A DNA stretch of 64,000 bases. It comes from Bryobacterales bacterium. GTDB taxonomy: Bacteria > Acidobacteriota > Terriglobia > Bryobacterales > Bryobacteraceae. Position 1 is the stretch's first letter. Each line of letters opens with the position of its first letter. The position numbers and the translations under genes were made by a program. The stretch covers positions 178,851-242,850 of the forward strand of contig CAWIJJ010000007.1 in NCBI GenBank assembly GCA_963836425.1. The letters run 5' to 3'. The notes beneath the pieces were generated by a model. That model saw only the letters and a list, made by a program, of their open reading frames with translations. It ran no database searches and was not told the DNA's origin. Below, one piece after another: positions 1 to 9,637 of this stretch.

Positions 1-797
1 GGCTCGCCCGTCGGCACCCGCCGGATCCGCCGCATCGCCCCTTCGATCTCATCGTAGGCATCCTGCCGCTTACCGGGTTTGGCTTTCGCAATGATCATCA
101 GCCGGTTCACCTGCGGGTACCGGCTCTCCGCCGTCCGCAGCGGCACTACGATCGCGTTGTCCATCCCGTTCTCGCCGAAAAACCCGCCCTTCGCCTTCGC
201 CATCACCCCGATAATCGTGTACTCCGCGCCGTCCACCATCATCGTCCGGCCCATCGCGTCCCCCGCCGGGTACAGCGATTCCGCCACGTTCGCGCCGATC
301 ACCGCCACGTGCGCCCCGCGCAGGTTCTCCTCCGGCGTGAAGAAACGGCCCGCGTCGAAATCCCGCGGCGAGATCTGGTCCATATTGGGCGAATAGCCCG
401 CCAGTTGGATATTCTCCGATTCGAAGCCCGGCACCCGCGCCGTCACCGGGTGACCGCTGATCACCGCCGGAATGAACAGCTCCTGCCCTACGTCTTCCAC
501 CGACGTGCACCAGCGCCGGATGATCTCCGCGTACTCCGGCTCTAGGGGCCGCCGCTTGCGCTCCTTCGGCGGTTCGAAACCCGGGTCGCCCGACGTCTTG
601 TACAGAAAGATGTTATCCGGCCCCAGCTCCTGAAAAAACGTCACCACGCCCTGCCGCAGCCCCGTCAGCAGCGACGCCACCGTCACTACCGTCGTGATCC
701 CGATGACGATGCCCAGAATCGTGAGCAGCGACCGGAAGCGATGTGTCCACACCGCCCCCAGGGCCATATTCATGTTTTCCGCGGCGCTGACGTTCAT
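1..797 (-). CDS. ABC transporter permease, MacB/FtsX family (N-terminal part; 3' end lies outside the window)
   Basis: Own minus-strand translation from the ATG at 797-795: MNVSAAENMNMALGAVWTHRFRSLLTILGIVIGITTVVTVASLL... This gives an N-terminal TM helix followed by a MacB-type periplasmic domain, paralogous to the adjacent gene. It is absent from the ORF track because no stop falls inside the window. The start codon directly abuts the stop (798-800) of the upstream gene. Confidence 0.75.
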   Translation of the reverse strand, partial: MNVSAAENMNMALGAVWTHRFRSLLTILGIVIGITTVVTVASLLTGLRQGVVTFFQELGPDNIFLYKTSGDPGFEPPKERKRRPLEPEYAEIIRRWCTSVEDVGQELFIPAVISGHPVTARVPGFESENIQLAGYSPNMDQISPRDFDAGRFFTPEENLRGAHVAVIGANVAESLYPAGDAMGRTMMVDGAEYTIIGVMAKAKGGFFGENGMDNAIVVPLRTAESRYPQVNRLMIIAKAKPGKRQDAYDEIEGAMRRIRRVPTGE

Positions 798-2072
798 CTA
801 TTCCGCCCTCAACGCCACCACCGGGTCCAGCCGCGCCGCGCGCGATGCCGGATACCACCCCGACACAATCCCCACCACGCTCGATACCGAGATCGCCAGG
901 ACTACATAACCCAGCGTGATCCGCATCGAAATCTCGAACAGCCGGGCCAGCAATGCCGTCAGTACCGCGCCCCCGATGATCCCCAGCGCGCCCCCTACCA
1001 CCGAAAGCGCCACCGCCTCGATCAGCACCTGGAGCATGATGTCCCCGTGCCGCGCCCCCAGCGCCTTCCGGATCCCGATCTCCCGCGTCCGCTCCGTCAC
1101 GCTCACCAGCATGATGTTCATGATCACGATCCCGCCCACCACCAGCGAGATGCACGTCACCGGCACCACGATCGCCGCGATCATCCCCAGCACCTGGTCG
1201 ATAAACCCGCGGATCGCGTCCGGCGTCAGTGTGTCGAAATTGTCCGGCTCGCCCGGCCTCGTGTGGAATCGCGTGCGCAGCGCCACCCGCGTCTCGTCCA
1301 GCGCCGACTCGAGATCGAGGCCGCTTCCCGGCTTCGGCCGCCCGAACAGCGAAAAACCGTTCCCCGGTCCCCAGATGCGCGCAAACGCCGACGCCGGAAT
1401 GTACAGTGCATTATCCTGGTCGCGTCCGAATGCCGAACCCAGCTTTTCCAGCACCCCGATCACCGTGAAATCGATCCCCTTGATGTGTATCGTCTGATTG
1501 AGCGGCGAACTCCCGGCCGGAAAAAGCGTCGTCCGCACCGTTTCTCCGATCACCGCCACATACGCCCGCGTTCGGTCCTCCTGCGGCGTGAAGAACCGCC
1601 CGTCCACCACCACAATGTCCCGGATGCTCGCCAGTTCCGATGCCGCCCCGATGATGGACGTGTCCTCCACCGTCAGGTTCTCCCGCGTCACGTCCGCCAT
1701 CTGGTTGCGGTACGGGCTGTACAGAATGCTGTCGCCGTTCACCTGTTCCAAAAACTTCGCATCGTCGCTCCGGATCGGCTTGTTCCGCTTGATCCGCTCG
1801 AACAGCTCGCGCCGGCTCAGCCGCCCCGTGGCCGCGATCTGCGCCACCAGGAACGATTCCGACCCGAATGCCTTGGCCGTGCTCTGTTCCGCATACAGCC
1901 CCAGACCCGAAATCGCCGCCCCCACCAGCACCACGCTGCCCACCCCGATAATCACGCCCAGCAGCGTCAGGAAACTGCGCAGCTTGTGGCCGCGGATCGA
2001 TTCCAGGGCCAGCCGGAAGGCATTGTTGAATTGTTGCCGGAACCGGGTGGTCCCGGCATCAGATTGAGGCAT
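798..2072 (-). CDS. ABC transporter permease, MacB/FtsX family
   Basis: 424-aa ORF. The N-terminus ...ESIRGHKLRSFLTLLGVIIGVGSVVLV is the typical MacB N-terminal TM. A large periplasmic domain follows, then a C-terminal FtsX-type 3-TM bundle (RTREIGIRKALGA..., ...GWYPASRAARLDPVVALRAE). Confidence 0.9.
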   Translation of the reverse strand: MPQSDAGTTRFRQQFNNAFRLALESIRGHKLRSFLTLLGVIIGVGSVVLVGAAISGLGLYAEQSTAKAFGSESFLVAQIAATGRLSRRELFERIKRNKPIRSDDAKFLEQVNGDSILYSPYRNQMADVTRENLTVEDTSIIGAASELASIRDIVVVDGRFFTPQEDRTRAYVAVIGETVRTTLFPAGSSPLNQTIHIKGIDFTVIGVLEKLGSAFGRDQDNALYIPASAFARIWGPGNGFSLFGRPKPGSGLDLESALDETRVALRTRFHTRPGEPDNFDTLTPDAIRGFIDQVLGMIAAIVVPVTCISLVVGGIVIMNIMLVSVTERTREIGIRKALGARHGDIMLQVLIEAVALSVVGGALGIIGGAVLTALLARLFEISMRITLGYVVLAISVSSVVGIVSGWYPASRAARLDPVVALRAE

Positions 2073-2116
2073 TGCTCTTATTCCAGAATAACGTAAGATG
2101 AAGTTCGACCACCCCG

Positions 2117-2482
2117 ATGCCCCTTAGACTCGCTTATTCGACTCTCTTCCTGCTCGCCCTGATTGCAGTTTTTGTGGTCTGGTCCCAAGTCGGCGGCCAG
2201 GGACATCTCGACCTCGTGCCCTGGTATCTCAAGCTGGGCCTCGGTTTCGGCGCGGCCTTCGCCGCAACTAAAGCAGCCGCGGCTTCCGCTGCCCGTGACG
2301 CTGCCTGGAACAGCAACACCCTCAGGTGGATCGGCATCCTGCTCGCCTTGCTGCTCGCCTGCGGCCTGGTCACTTACTACATGCATGTCTACGGCGAAGA
2401 AGAGGAGGAGCAGACCGACGAAACCATTAGTTACTGCCCCGCGCCTATAACTCCCCCAGGTTACACATCGCACGCCGGCTAG
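2117..2482 (+). CDS. hypothetical small membrane protein with acidic C-terminal tail
   Basis: 121-aa ORF with three hydrophobic helices (LFLLALIAVFVVW, LGLGFGAAFAA, IGILLALLLACGLV) followed by a YGEEEEEQTDE tail. No family recognised. Confidence 0.45.
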   Translation: MPLRLAYSTLFLLALIAVFVVWSQVGGQGHLDLVPWYLKLGLGFGAAFAATKAAAASAARDAAWNSNTLRWIGILLALLLACGLVTYYMHVYGEEEEEQTDETISYCPAPITPPGYTSHAG

Positions 2483-2807
2483 CCCGCTCCGCCCCCACTT
2501 CCGTCACCACGATCCGGTCGCCCTCGTGCAGAAACTGCCGCAGAATCTCCTTAAGCTGCGCCGCCGAGTGCGTGCTGTGCAGCGCCCACTGATTCGCCAG
2601 CACCTGGCGCGCCTCGAACGTGCGCAGCCGCGCATGAAACGAAGCATAATCGAAGGGTTGCAACAGATCGCACGAAACCAGGTAAAGCTTCAATGGCACG
2701 ATTTCAGTATGGCGAATAAAAGGCGAAAATGCAATCGGCGAGTGCCTTTCACCCGCACCGGGGCACACCAATTTCCTTGCGCAGTTGACACCGGGGCGTC
2801 CGATCAT
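2445..2807 (-). CDS. small hypothetical protein with a ferredoxin-like (Cas2/VapD-like) sequence pattern
   Basis: Maximal ORF is 120 aa. A shorter 84-aa version starting at GTG 2699-2697 (VPLKLYLVSCDL...) is more plausible. Pattern: YLVSCDL ... ARQVLANQWAL ... AAQLKEILRQFLHEGDRIVVTEV. No CRISPR or other cas genes in the window. Confidence 0.4.
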   Translation of the reverse strand: MIGRPGVNCARKLVCPGAGERHSPIAFSPFIRHTEIVPLKLYLVSCDLLQPFDYASFHARLRTFEARQVLANQWALHSTHSAAQLKEILRQFLHEGDRIVVTEVGAERASRRAMCNLGEL

Positions 2808-2844
2808 TTATTGTGGCCTCGAACTAAATAACTCGAGGTGTCCC

Positions 2845-4329
2845 ATGCACAAACGCCTCCGCCTCGCCGGATGCGCTCTCTCAGCGCTGCTGGTCTGCGG
2901 ACTTCCCTCCGCCCTGTCCGCCCAGACGGATACTTCCGGTTGGACCGCCGCCCAGGACCATCAAAACATGATGGACCAGCTCGGAATCCGCAAACTGCGT
3001 TCCGGGCCGAGTGGCAACGAGAGCGCGCCGAATCACGCCAATTACGATCCGGCGCTCGCCAACCCGTTTCCGAATCTTCCCGACGTGTTGAAGCTCAAAA
3101 ACGGTAAAAAGGTCACCTCCGCCAAAATGTGGTGGGACCAGCGGCGTCCGGAAATCGTCGAGGATTTCGATCGCGAAGTTCTCGGCCGCGTTCCCAAGGT
3201 GGTTCCCAAAGTCACCTGGACCGTAACCAAAACGGTCCAGGACACGATCGCCGGCCATCCCGTCACCGGCAGGCGCCTCGTCGGACACCTCGATAACTCC
3301 GGCTTCCCCTCCATCAACGTGGACATCTCGCTGATCCTCGTCACACCGGACAACAGCGCCGCGAAAGCGCCCGTGATGATGATGTTCCGTGGTGGCGGCC
3401 TCCCGGGCGAGCCCCCACCCACTTTCCCGGGACGCGGCCCCGCCGGTGCTGGACGCGGTCCTGCTGCCCCCGGACGCGGCCCCGCCGGACCCCCGCCCGC
3501 GGCTGCTTCCGCCGACCCGCCCGCTACCGAACAACTGATTGCAGACGGCTGGGGCTACGCTTTCCTCAACCCCTCCAGCGTCCAGGCCGATAACGGCGCC
3601 GGCCTCACCAAGGGCATCATCGGCCTCGTCAACAAGGGCCAGCCCCGCAAGCCCGACGATTGGGGCTCTCTCCGCGCCTGGGCCTGGGGCGCCTCCCGCG
3701 CTTTGGATTACCTCGAGACCGATCCCACTGTCGACGCGAAACACGTCGGCATCGACGGCGTCTCCCGCTACGGCAAGGCCGCCCTCGTCACCATGGCCTA
3801 CGATCCGCGCTTCTATATGGTGCTGGTCGGATCGAGCGGTGAAGGCGGCGCCAAGCTCCATCGCCGCAACTGGGGCGAAGCGGTCGAGAATCTCACCGGC
3901 TCCGGCGAGTATCACTGGATGGCCGGCAATTTCCTCAAATACGGCGCGGAAGAGTCCGACTTCGGCAGCAAGAACGCCGGCGATATCCCCGTAGACGCCC
4001 ACGAACTGATCGCGCTCTGCGCACCCCGCCTCACCTTTATCAGTTACGGCGTGCCCGAGAAGGGCGACGCCAAATGGCTGGATCACCAGGGCAGCTACAT
4101 GGCCGCCGTCGCCGCCGGACCCGTCTTCCGCCTGCTGGGCGCGAAGGACCTGGGCACCTCCGACGACTACAACAAAGAGGTCATGCCCGCCGTCAACGTG
4201 AGCATGCTCAACGGTCAACTCGCCTGGCGCCAGCATGACGGCGGTCACACCGACGGGCCCAACTGGAAATATTTCATTCCCTGGGCCGACAAGTTCATGA
4301 AGCGGACCCCGCCGCGGAAAACCCCATGA
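2845..4329 (+). CDS. carbohydrate esterase family 15 (4-O-methyl-glucuronoyl methylesterase), secreted
   Basis: Signal peptide MHKRLRLAGCALSALLVCGLPSALSAQ. CE15 nucleophile motif GVSRYGKAAL (G-x-S-R-x-G-K). C-terminal WRQHDGGHTDGPNW carries the catalytic His region. I moved the start to the ATG at 2845 inside track ORF 2785..4329. Confidence 0.85.
   Translation: MHKRLRLAGCALSALLVCGLPSALSAQTDTSGWTAAQDHQNMMDQLGIRKLRSGPSGNESAPNHANYDPALANPFPNLPDVLKLKNGKKVTSAKMWWDQRRPEIVEDFDREVLGRVPKVVPKVTWTVTKTVQDTIAGHPVTGRRLVGHLDNSGFPSINVDISLILVTPDNSAAKAPVMMMFRGGGLPGEPPPTFPGRGPAGAGRGPAAPGRGPAGPPPAAASADPPATEQLIADGWGYAFLNPSSVQADNGAGLTKGIIGLVNKGQPRKPDDWGSLRAWAWGASRALDYLETDPTVDAKHVGIDGVSRYGKAALVTMAYDPRFYMVLVGSSGEGGAKLHRRNWGEAVENLTGSGEYHWMAGNFLKYGAEESDFGSKNAGDIPVDAHELIALCAPRLTFISYGVPEKGDAKWLDHQGSYMAAVAAGPVFRLLGAKDLGTSDDYNKEVMPAVNVSMLNGQLAWRQHDGGHTDGPNWKYFIPWADKFMKRTPPRKTP
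3430..3492 (+). repeat. three in-frame tandem 21-bp units encoding GRGPAGA/GRGPAAP/GRGPAGP inside the CE15 gene
   Basis: GGACGCGGCCCCGCCGGTGCT / GGACGCGGTCCTGCTGCCCCC / GGACGCGGCCCCGCCGGACCC read directly in the sequence, in frame with the CDS. Confidence 0.9.
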
Positions 4330-5135
4330 TCGCCCTGAAAAAAATCTTCCTGCTCACCGCCCTCGCCGGCGCCTGCTTCGCGCAGCGGCCCGCCCCCGTC
4401 CCAGCCGACCAGCCCGCCGCCCGCACCGACCCCAATTCCGCCGCCGCCCACGCGCAGCTGCTCGAAAAGGCCAAGGCGGGCCGCGTCGACCTCTACTTCG
4501 AAGGCGACTCCATCGCCCGCCGCTGGGGCGCCACCGATTATCCCGAACTGCTCGCCAACTGGAAGCAGAATTTCTTCGGCTGGAACGCCGGCGATTTCGC
4601 CTGGGGCGGCGACACTACCCAGAACATCCTCTGGCGTCTTGAAAACGGCGAACTCGATGGCGTTCACCCCAAGGTCATCGTCCTGCTTGCCGGCACCAAT
4701 AATCTGGGCCGCATTCCCCCCGGCGCCGGGGACGCCAAGGTCGAGGACGTGACCCGCGGCCTCGCCGCCATCCTGCGCGTCATGCGCGAGAAGGCGCCCG
4801 AAGCCACCATCATCGTCACCGCCATCTTCCCCCGCAACGACAATATGGCCCTGGTGCCCGTGATCTACCGCATCAACGCCAACCTCGCCAAAATGGCCGA
4901 CGGCCGCCGTATCCGCTACCTCGACATCAACCCGCGCCTCGCCGGCCCGGAAGGCCGCTTGTTTGACGGCATGATGAATCCCGACAAGCTGCATCCCGCG
5001 CTCCCCGGCTACCAGGTGTGGGCCGACGCCCTCAAGCCGCTCCTCACCGAACTGCTCGGCCCCCCGGCCAAAGAAGATCACGCGCCGCCGCCCACCGGCG
5101 ATCCCAGCGCCCGCCCGAAGGCCGCCCAGCCCTGA
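4326..5135 (+). CDS. SGNH/GDSL-family hydrolase (PAF-acetylhydrolase-like esterase), secreted
   Basis: Signal peptide MIALKKIFLLTALAGACFAQ. SGNH blocks present: GDSI (block I), LLAGTNNLG (block III), PDKLHP (block V, DxxH). The ATG overlaps the CE15 stop (ATGA at 4326-4329). Confidence 0.85.
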   Translation: MIALKKIFLLTALAGACFAQRPAPVPADQPAARTDPNSAAAHAQLLEKAKAGRVDLYFEGDSIARRWGATDYPELLANWKQNFFGWNAGDFAWGGDTTQNILWRLENGELDGVHPKVIVLLAGTNNLGRIPPGAGDAKVEDVTRGLAAILRVMREKAPEATIIVTAIFPRNDNMALVPVIYRINANLAKMADGRRIRYLDINPRLAGPEGRLFDGMMNPDKLHPALPGYQVWADALKPLLTELLGPPAKEDHAPPPTGDPSARPKAAQP

Positions 5136-5213
5136 CCGCCCCGCCCCGCACCGACCACCACGCGCGGGTGAGATGAACGCTGGCGCACGCATTCAGGTCC
5201 GCTGTCGTGTGCG

Positions 5214-6491
5214 TTGTGCAACGTTACTCCAAATGCCATCGTCCACTCTACTGTGACTCCAGGTCCCCAGAGGTTTATTGTCCCTGCACTCCTCCTGAAC
5301 CTGCTGGTGGCCGCAAGCTGCGGGCAGAACGACCACGCCGCCGCCGCGCGCCCCCCTGTCGCTCCCGTCGTTGTCGCCGATGTGCGCCAGATGCCCGTGC
5401 CCCTGGAAATACGGGCCATCGGCAACGTGGAGGCGAATTCCACCGTCGAAATCAAATCGCAGGTGTCCGGTCAGCTTCAGAAGGTCTTTTTCACCGAAGG
5501 CGACGAGGTTCGCGAGGGCCAGCTCCTGTTCCAGATCGATCCCCGCCAGTTGCAGCAGGCCGTCAGCGAGGCCGAGGCGGCGCTCGAGAACGCCAACGCC
5601 ACCGTCGGCCAGGCGCAGGCGAACTACGAGCGCGACCTCGCCCAGGCGAAGAACGCCCGCTCCCAGGCCGACCGCTACGCCCAGCTTGCAACCCAGGGCA
5701 TCATCTCCCGCGAGGCCAACGAGAACTATCACACCCAGGCCGACGCTGCCGAACGTGTGGCCGCCGCCTCCAAAGCCGCCATCGCCAGCGCCGCCTCCAA
5801 CGTGCGCGCCGCCGCCGCCCGCCTCGCCGACGCGAAGCTTCAGCTCGCGTACGCCAGCATCGAGGCCCCCGTCTCCGGAAAAACCGGCAAGCTCGCCGTC
5901 AAGCCCGGCAACCTCGTGCAGGCCAATTCCGCCACTCCCCTCGTCGTCATCGCCCAGCTGGCGCCCGTCTTTGCCAACTTCACCATCCCCGAGCAGCAGT
6001 TCTCCCTCATCCGTTCCTACGCCTCCCGCGGCAAACTGACCGTTCAGGCCTACCCCGGCAATAATTCGCCGGACGCGGGACCGGTAAGCACTCCCGCTGT
6101 CGGAACCCTCGACTTTTTTGACAACCAGGTGGACACCAGCACCGGCACCATCCTGCTCCGCGCGCGCTTTCCGAATACCGACCACCGCCTCTGGCCCGGC
6201 CAGTTCGTCAACGTGGTCGTCCGCCTCGACGTCCCCACCGCCACCGTCATCCCTACCGCCGCCGTCAGCAGCGGCCAGAACGGCCGCTATGTCTTCGTGG
6301 TGAAGCCCGACCTCACCGCCGAGCAGCGCACCATTCAATCCTCCCGCGACTACCAGGATCTGACCGTCGTCAATTCCGGCGTTGCTCCCGGCGAGCGCGT
6401 GATCGTCAGGGGCCAGTTGCGCGTTCAGCCCGGCTCCAAAGTCGAAATAGTCAAGGACAATCAGCAGCAAGGAGCGGCACAGACCCAATGA
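5214..6491 (+). CDS. efflux RND transporter periplasmic adaptor subunit (MFP, AcrA/MexA-like lipoprotein)
   Basis: Lipobox-like LLVAASCGQ. Barrel-sandwich/coiled-coil signature VEIKSQVSGQLQKVFFTEGDEVREGQLLFQIDPRQLQQAV...ANYERDL. The stop overlaps the start of the pump gene. Confidence 0.9.
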   Translation: MCNVTPNAIVHSTVTPGPQRFIVPALLLNLLVAASCGQNDHAAAARPPVAPVVVADVRQMPVPLEIRAIGNVEANSTVEIKSQVSGQLQKVFFTEGDEVREGQLLFQIDPRQLQQAVSEAEAALENANATVGQAQANYERDLAQAKNARSQADRYAQLATQGIISREANENYHTQADAAERVAAASKAAIASAASNVRAAAARLADAKLQLAYASIEAPVSGKTGKLAVKPGNLVQANSATPLVVIAQLAPVFANFTIPEQQFSLIRSYASRGKLTVQAYPGNNSPDAGPVSTPAVGTLDFFDNQVDTSTGTILLRARFPNTDHRLWPGQFVNVVVRLDVPTATVIPTAAVSSGQNGRYVFVVKPDLTAEQRTIQSSRDYQDLTVVNSGVAPGERVIVRGQLRVQPGSKVEIVKDNQQQGAAQTQ

Positions 6492-9400
6492 ACATCACAG
6501 GTTTCTTCATCCGGCGCGCCATCACGACACTGCTCGTCATGACCGCGGTCTGCGTCTTCGGCGTCCTGGGCTACATCGGCCTGCCCGTCAGCGACCTTCC
6601 CAATATCGACTTTCCCACGATATCGGTGAACGCCAGCCTGCCCGGTGCTTCGCCCGAAACCATGGCCAACACCGTGGCCACGCCTCTTGAACGCTCCTTC
6701 ACGTCCATTCAGGGCGTCTCCTCCATCAATTCCACCAGCAGCATCGGCCGTACCCAGATCACCCTCCAGTTCGACCTCAACCGCAACATCGACGCCGCCG
6801 CGCAGGACGTCCAGTCCGCTATCTCCTCCGCTGCCCGCAACCTCCCCCAGAACATGCCGCAGCCGCCCTCCTTCCGTAAAGTCAACCCGGCGGAATCGCC
6901 CGTGCTCTACCTGGGCGTGAGCTCTTCCACCCTGCCCCTCTCGGAAGTGGACGAGTATGCCGAAATCACCATGGGGCAGCGGATCTCCACCGTCAATGGC
7001 GTGGCTCAGGTCTCCGTCTACGGCTCGCAGAAATACGCCGTGCGCGTGCAGGCCGACCCCGATGCCCTCGCAGCCCGCCAGATCGGAATTGACGATCTCC
7101 GCGCCGCCATCGCCGCCGGCAACCCCAACCTTCCCTCCGGCACCCTCAGCGGCTCCAGCAAAGCCTACACCCTCGACACCACCGGCGCCATCTCCACCGC
7201 CGCCCAGTTCCGCCCCATGATCGTCGCCTACCGTCAGGGACGCCCGGTCCGCCTCGACGAAGTCGCCCGCGTCTCCGACAGCGTCGAGAACGACAAAAAC
7301 GCGAGCTGGTTTAACGGCGAGCGGTCCATCATTCTGGCCGTGCAGCGGCAGCCCGGCACCAATACAGTCGAAATCGTCGATGGTATCCGGGCCCTCTTCC
7401 CCATGCTTGAGGCACAGATGCCCGCCGGCATCAAAATGGGCATCCTGTTCGACCGCTCGCAGCCCATCCGCGAATCCATCGCCGACGTCAAGTTCACCCT
7501 CATCCTCGCCATCGTCCTGGTGGTCGCCGTTATCTTCGTCTTTCTTCGCAATCCTTCCGCCACCATCATTCCCAGCCTCGCCGTCCCCATTTCCATCCTC
7601 GGCACGTTCGCGGTCATGTCCCAGCTCGGCTACACGCTCGACAACCTCTCCGCCATGGCCCTCACCTTGTGCGTCGGCTTCGTGGTGGACGACGCCATCG
7701 TGGTCCTCGAGAACATCGTGCGTCATCGCGAGATGGGTAAGGACCGCATGCAGGCCGCGCTCGACGGCTCCCGCGAAATCACCTTCACCATCATTTCCAT
7801 GACCGTCTCGCTGGTCGCCGTCTTTATCCCCGTGCTCTTCATGGGTGGCATCGTCGGACGCCTCCTGCGCGAGTTCGCCGTCGTCATCTCCTGCGCCATC
7901 CTGGTTTCCGGCGTCGTCTCCCTGACCCTGACGCCGATGCTCGGCAGCCGCTTCCTCAGGCACCAGCACTCGCATGAAACCGGCCCCCTCTTCCGCTGGT
8001 CGGAACGCCAGTTCGACCGCCTCCTCCGCGGTTACGAATTCACTCTCCACGCCGTTCTCCGCCGGCGCTTCATCACCCTGCTCGCCGCTTTCGGCGTCCT
8101 CTTCCTGACCGGCTGGCTGTTCGTCAAAATTCCCAAAGGCTTCTTCCCCACCGAGGACCAGGGCTTTCTCACCGCCACCACCGAGGCCTCCGAAGATACT
8201 TCCTTCGACCAGATGGTGATCTACCAGAAGCAGGTGGCCGAAACCATCGCGCGCAATCCCAACGTCGCCGCCTATCAGTCATCGGTCGGCGGCGGACCGA
8301 GTGCCGGAGGCTTCAACAGCGGCCGCGTCTTCATCCGCCTCAAAGATTCCCGCGAGCGGCCCAAAGCCGAAGTCGTCGTGCAGCAGCTTCGCCGCGAGCT
8401 GAGCCGCATGCCCGGCGTCAACACCTTCATCCAGGTGCCGCCCGCCATCCGCATCGGCGGCTCGCTCAGCAAAAGCCTCTACCAGTTCACCCTCCAGGAC
8501 ATCGAATTTCAGAACCTTTATGAGTGGGGTCCGCGCGTCGAAAAGCGGATGGAGCAGATCCCCGGCCTCCAGGACGTCACCACAGACCTCCAGATCGCCA
8601 GCCCGCAAATCACCGTCCAGATCGACCGCGACCGCGCCCGCGTCCTCGGCGTCACCCCCACCGACATCGAGAACACGCTCTACAACGCGTACGGCCAGCG
8701 CCAGATCTCCACCATCTACAGCTCCAGCGACCAGTACTACGTCATCCTCGAGGTGCTCCCGCAATACCAGCGCGACCCGGTGGCCCTTTCGAGCCTCTAC
8801 GTGCGCAGCAGTTCCGGCGGCACCGCCGCCAACGGCCCGGCCCTTGTCCCCTTGTCCGCCGTCGCCACCCTGAAGCAGGACGTCGCGCCCGTCCAGGTAT
8901 CGCACTACGGCCAGTTGCCCGCCGTTACCATCTCCTTCAATCTCGCCCCTGGCGTCTCCATCGGTGATGCCGTCCAGCGCGTCAACGACGAGCTGCGGCA
9001 GATGAACCTGCCCGCCACCATCACCACCACGTTCCAGGGCACCGCCCAGGCTTTCGAGGAATCCCTGCGCAACACCTGGATCCTCCTCGGCGTCGCCATC
9101 TTCGTCATCTACCTGGTGCTCGGAATCCTGTACGAGAGCCTCATTCACCCCATCACCATCCTCTCCGGCCTGCCCTCCGCCGCCCTCGGCGCTCTCGTGA
9201 CCCTGATGATCTTCGGCATCGACCTCAACATCTATGCCATCGTCGGCATCCTGCTCCTGATCGGCATCGTCAAGAAGAACGCCATCATGATGATCGACTT
9301 TGCGCTCGACGCCCAGCGCCGCGAGCGCAAGCCGCCCGAGGAGGCCATCTTTCAAGGCGCCGTCCTGCGCTTCCGCCCCATCATGATGACCACCCTGGCG

Positions 9401-9637
9401 GCGCTGTTCGGAACCCTTCCCATCGCTCTCGGCCTCGGCGCCGGAGCCGATTCCCGCCGCCCCCTCGGCCTCGCCGTTGTCGGCGGTCTCATGGTCTCCC
9501 AGCTTGTGACCCTCTACCTGACGCCGGTCGTCTACCTCTATCTCGAGAGAGCCCAGGGCGGCCTCGGCCGCTGGCGCTCCGGCCGCCGCAGGAAGACGGT
9601 CAGGACCATGCCCGCTCCTGAGCCCGTGGCCCAATAA
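6488..9637 (+). CDS. efflux RND transporter permease (AcrB/MdtB-like, 12 TM)
   Basis: 1049-aa ORF. Starts MNITGFFIRRAITTLLVM (typical RND N-terminus). Conserved TM4 region GFVVDDAIVVLENIVRH. Duplicated architecture with two large periplasmic loops. Confidence 0.95.
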   Translation: MNITGFFIRRAITTLLVMTAVCVFGVLGYIGLPVSDLPNIDFPTISVNASLPGASPETMANTVATPLERSFTSIQGVSSINSTSSIGRTQITLQFDLNRNIDAAAQDVQSAISSAARNLPQNMPQPPSFRKVNPAESPVLYLGVSSSTLPLSEVDEYAEITMGQRISTVNGVAQVSVYGSQKYAVRVQADPDALAARQIGIDDLRAAIAAGNPNLPSGTLSGSSKAYTLDTTGAISTAAQFRPMIVAYRQGRPVRLDEVARVSDSVENDKNASWFNGERSIILAVQRQPGTNTVEIVDGIRALFPMLEAQMPAGIKMGILFDRSQPIRESIADVKFTLILAIVLVVAVIFVFLRNPSATIIPSLAVPISILGTFAVMSQLGYTLDNLSAMALTLCVGFVVDDAIVVLENIVRHREMGKDRMQAALDGSREITFTIISMTVSLVAVFIPVLFMGGIVGRLLREFAVVISCAILVSGVVSLTLTPMLGSRFLRHQHSHETGPLFRWSERQFDRLLRGYEFTLHAVLRRRFITLLAAFGVLFLTGWLFVKIPKGFFPTEDQGFLTATTEASEDTSFDQMVIYQKQVAETIARNPNVAAYQSSVGGGPSAGGFNSGRVFIRLKDSRERPKAEVVVQQLRRELSRMPGVNTFIQVPPAIRIGGSLSKSLYQFTLQDIEFQNLYEWGPRVEKRMEQIPGLQDVTTDLQIASPQITVQIDRDRARVLGVTPTDIENTLYNAYGQRQISTIYSSSDQYYVILEVLPQYQRDPVALSSLYVRSSSGGTAANGPALVPLSAVATLKQDVAPVQVSHYGQLPAVTISFNLAPGVSIGDAVQRVNDELRQMNLPATITTTFQGTAQAFEESLRNTWILLGVAIFVIYLVLGILYESLIHPITILSGLPSAALGALVTLMIFGIDLNIYAIVGILLLIGIVKKNAIMMIDFALDAQRRERKPPEEAIFQGAVLRFRPIMMTTLAALFGTLPIALGLGAGADSRRPLGLAVVGGLMVSQLVTLYLTPVVYLYLERAQGGLGRWRSGRRRKTVRTMPAPEPVAQ

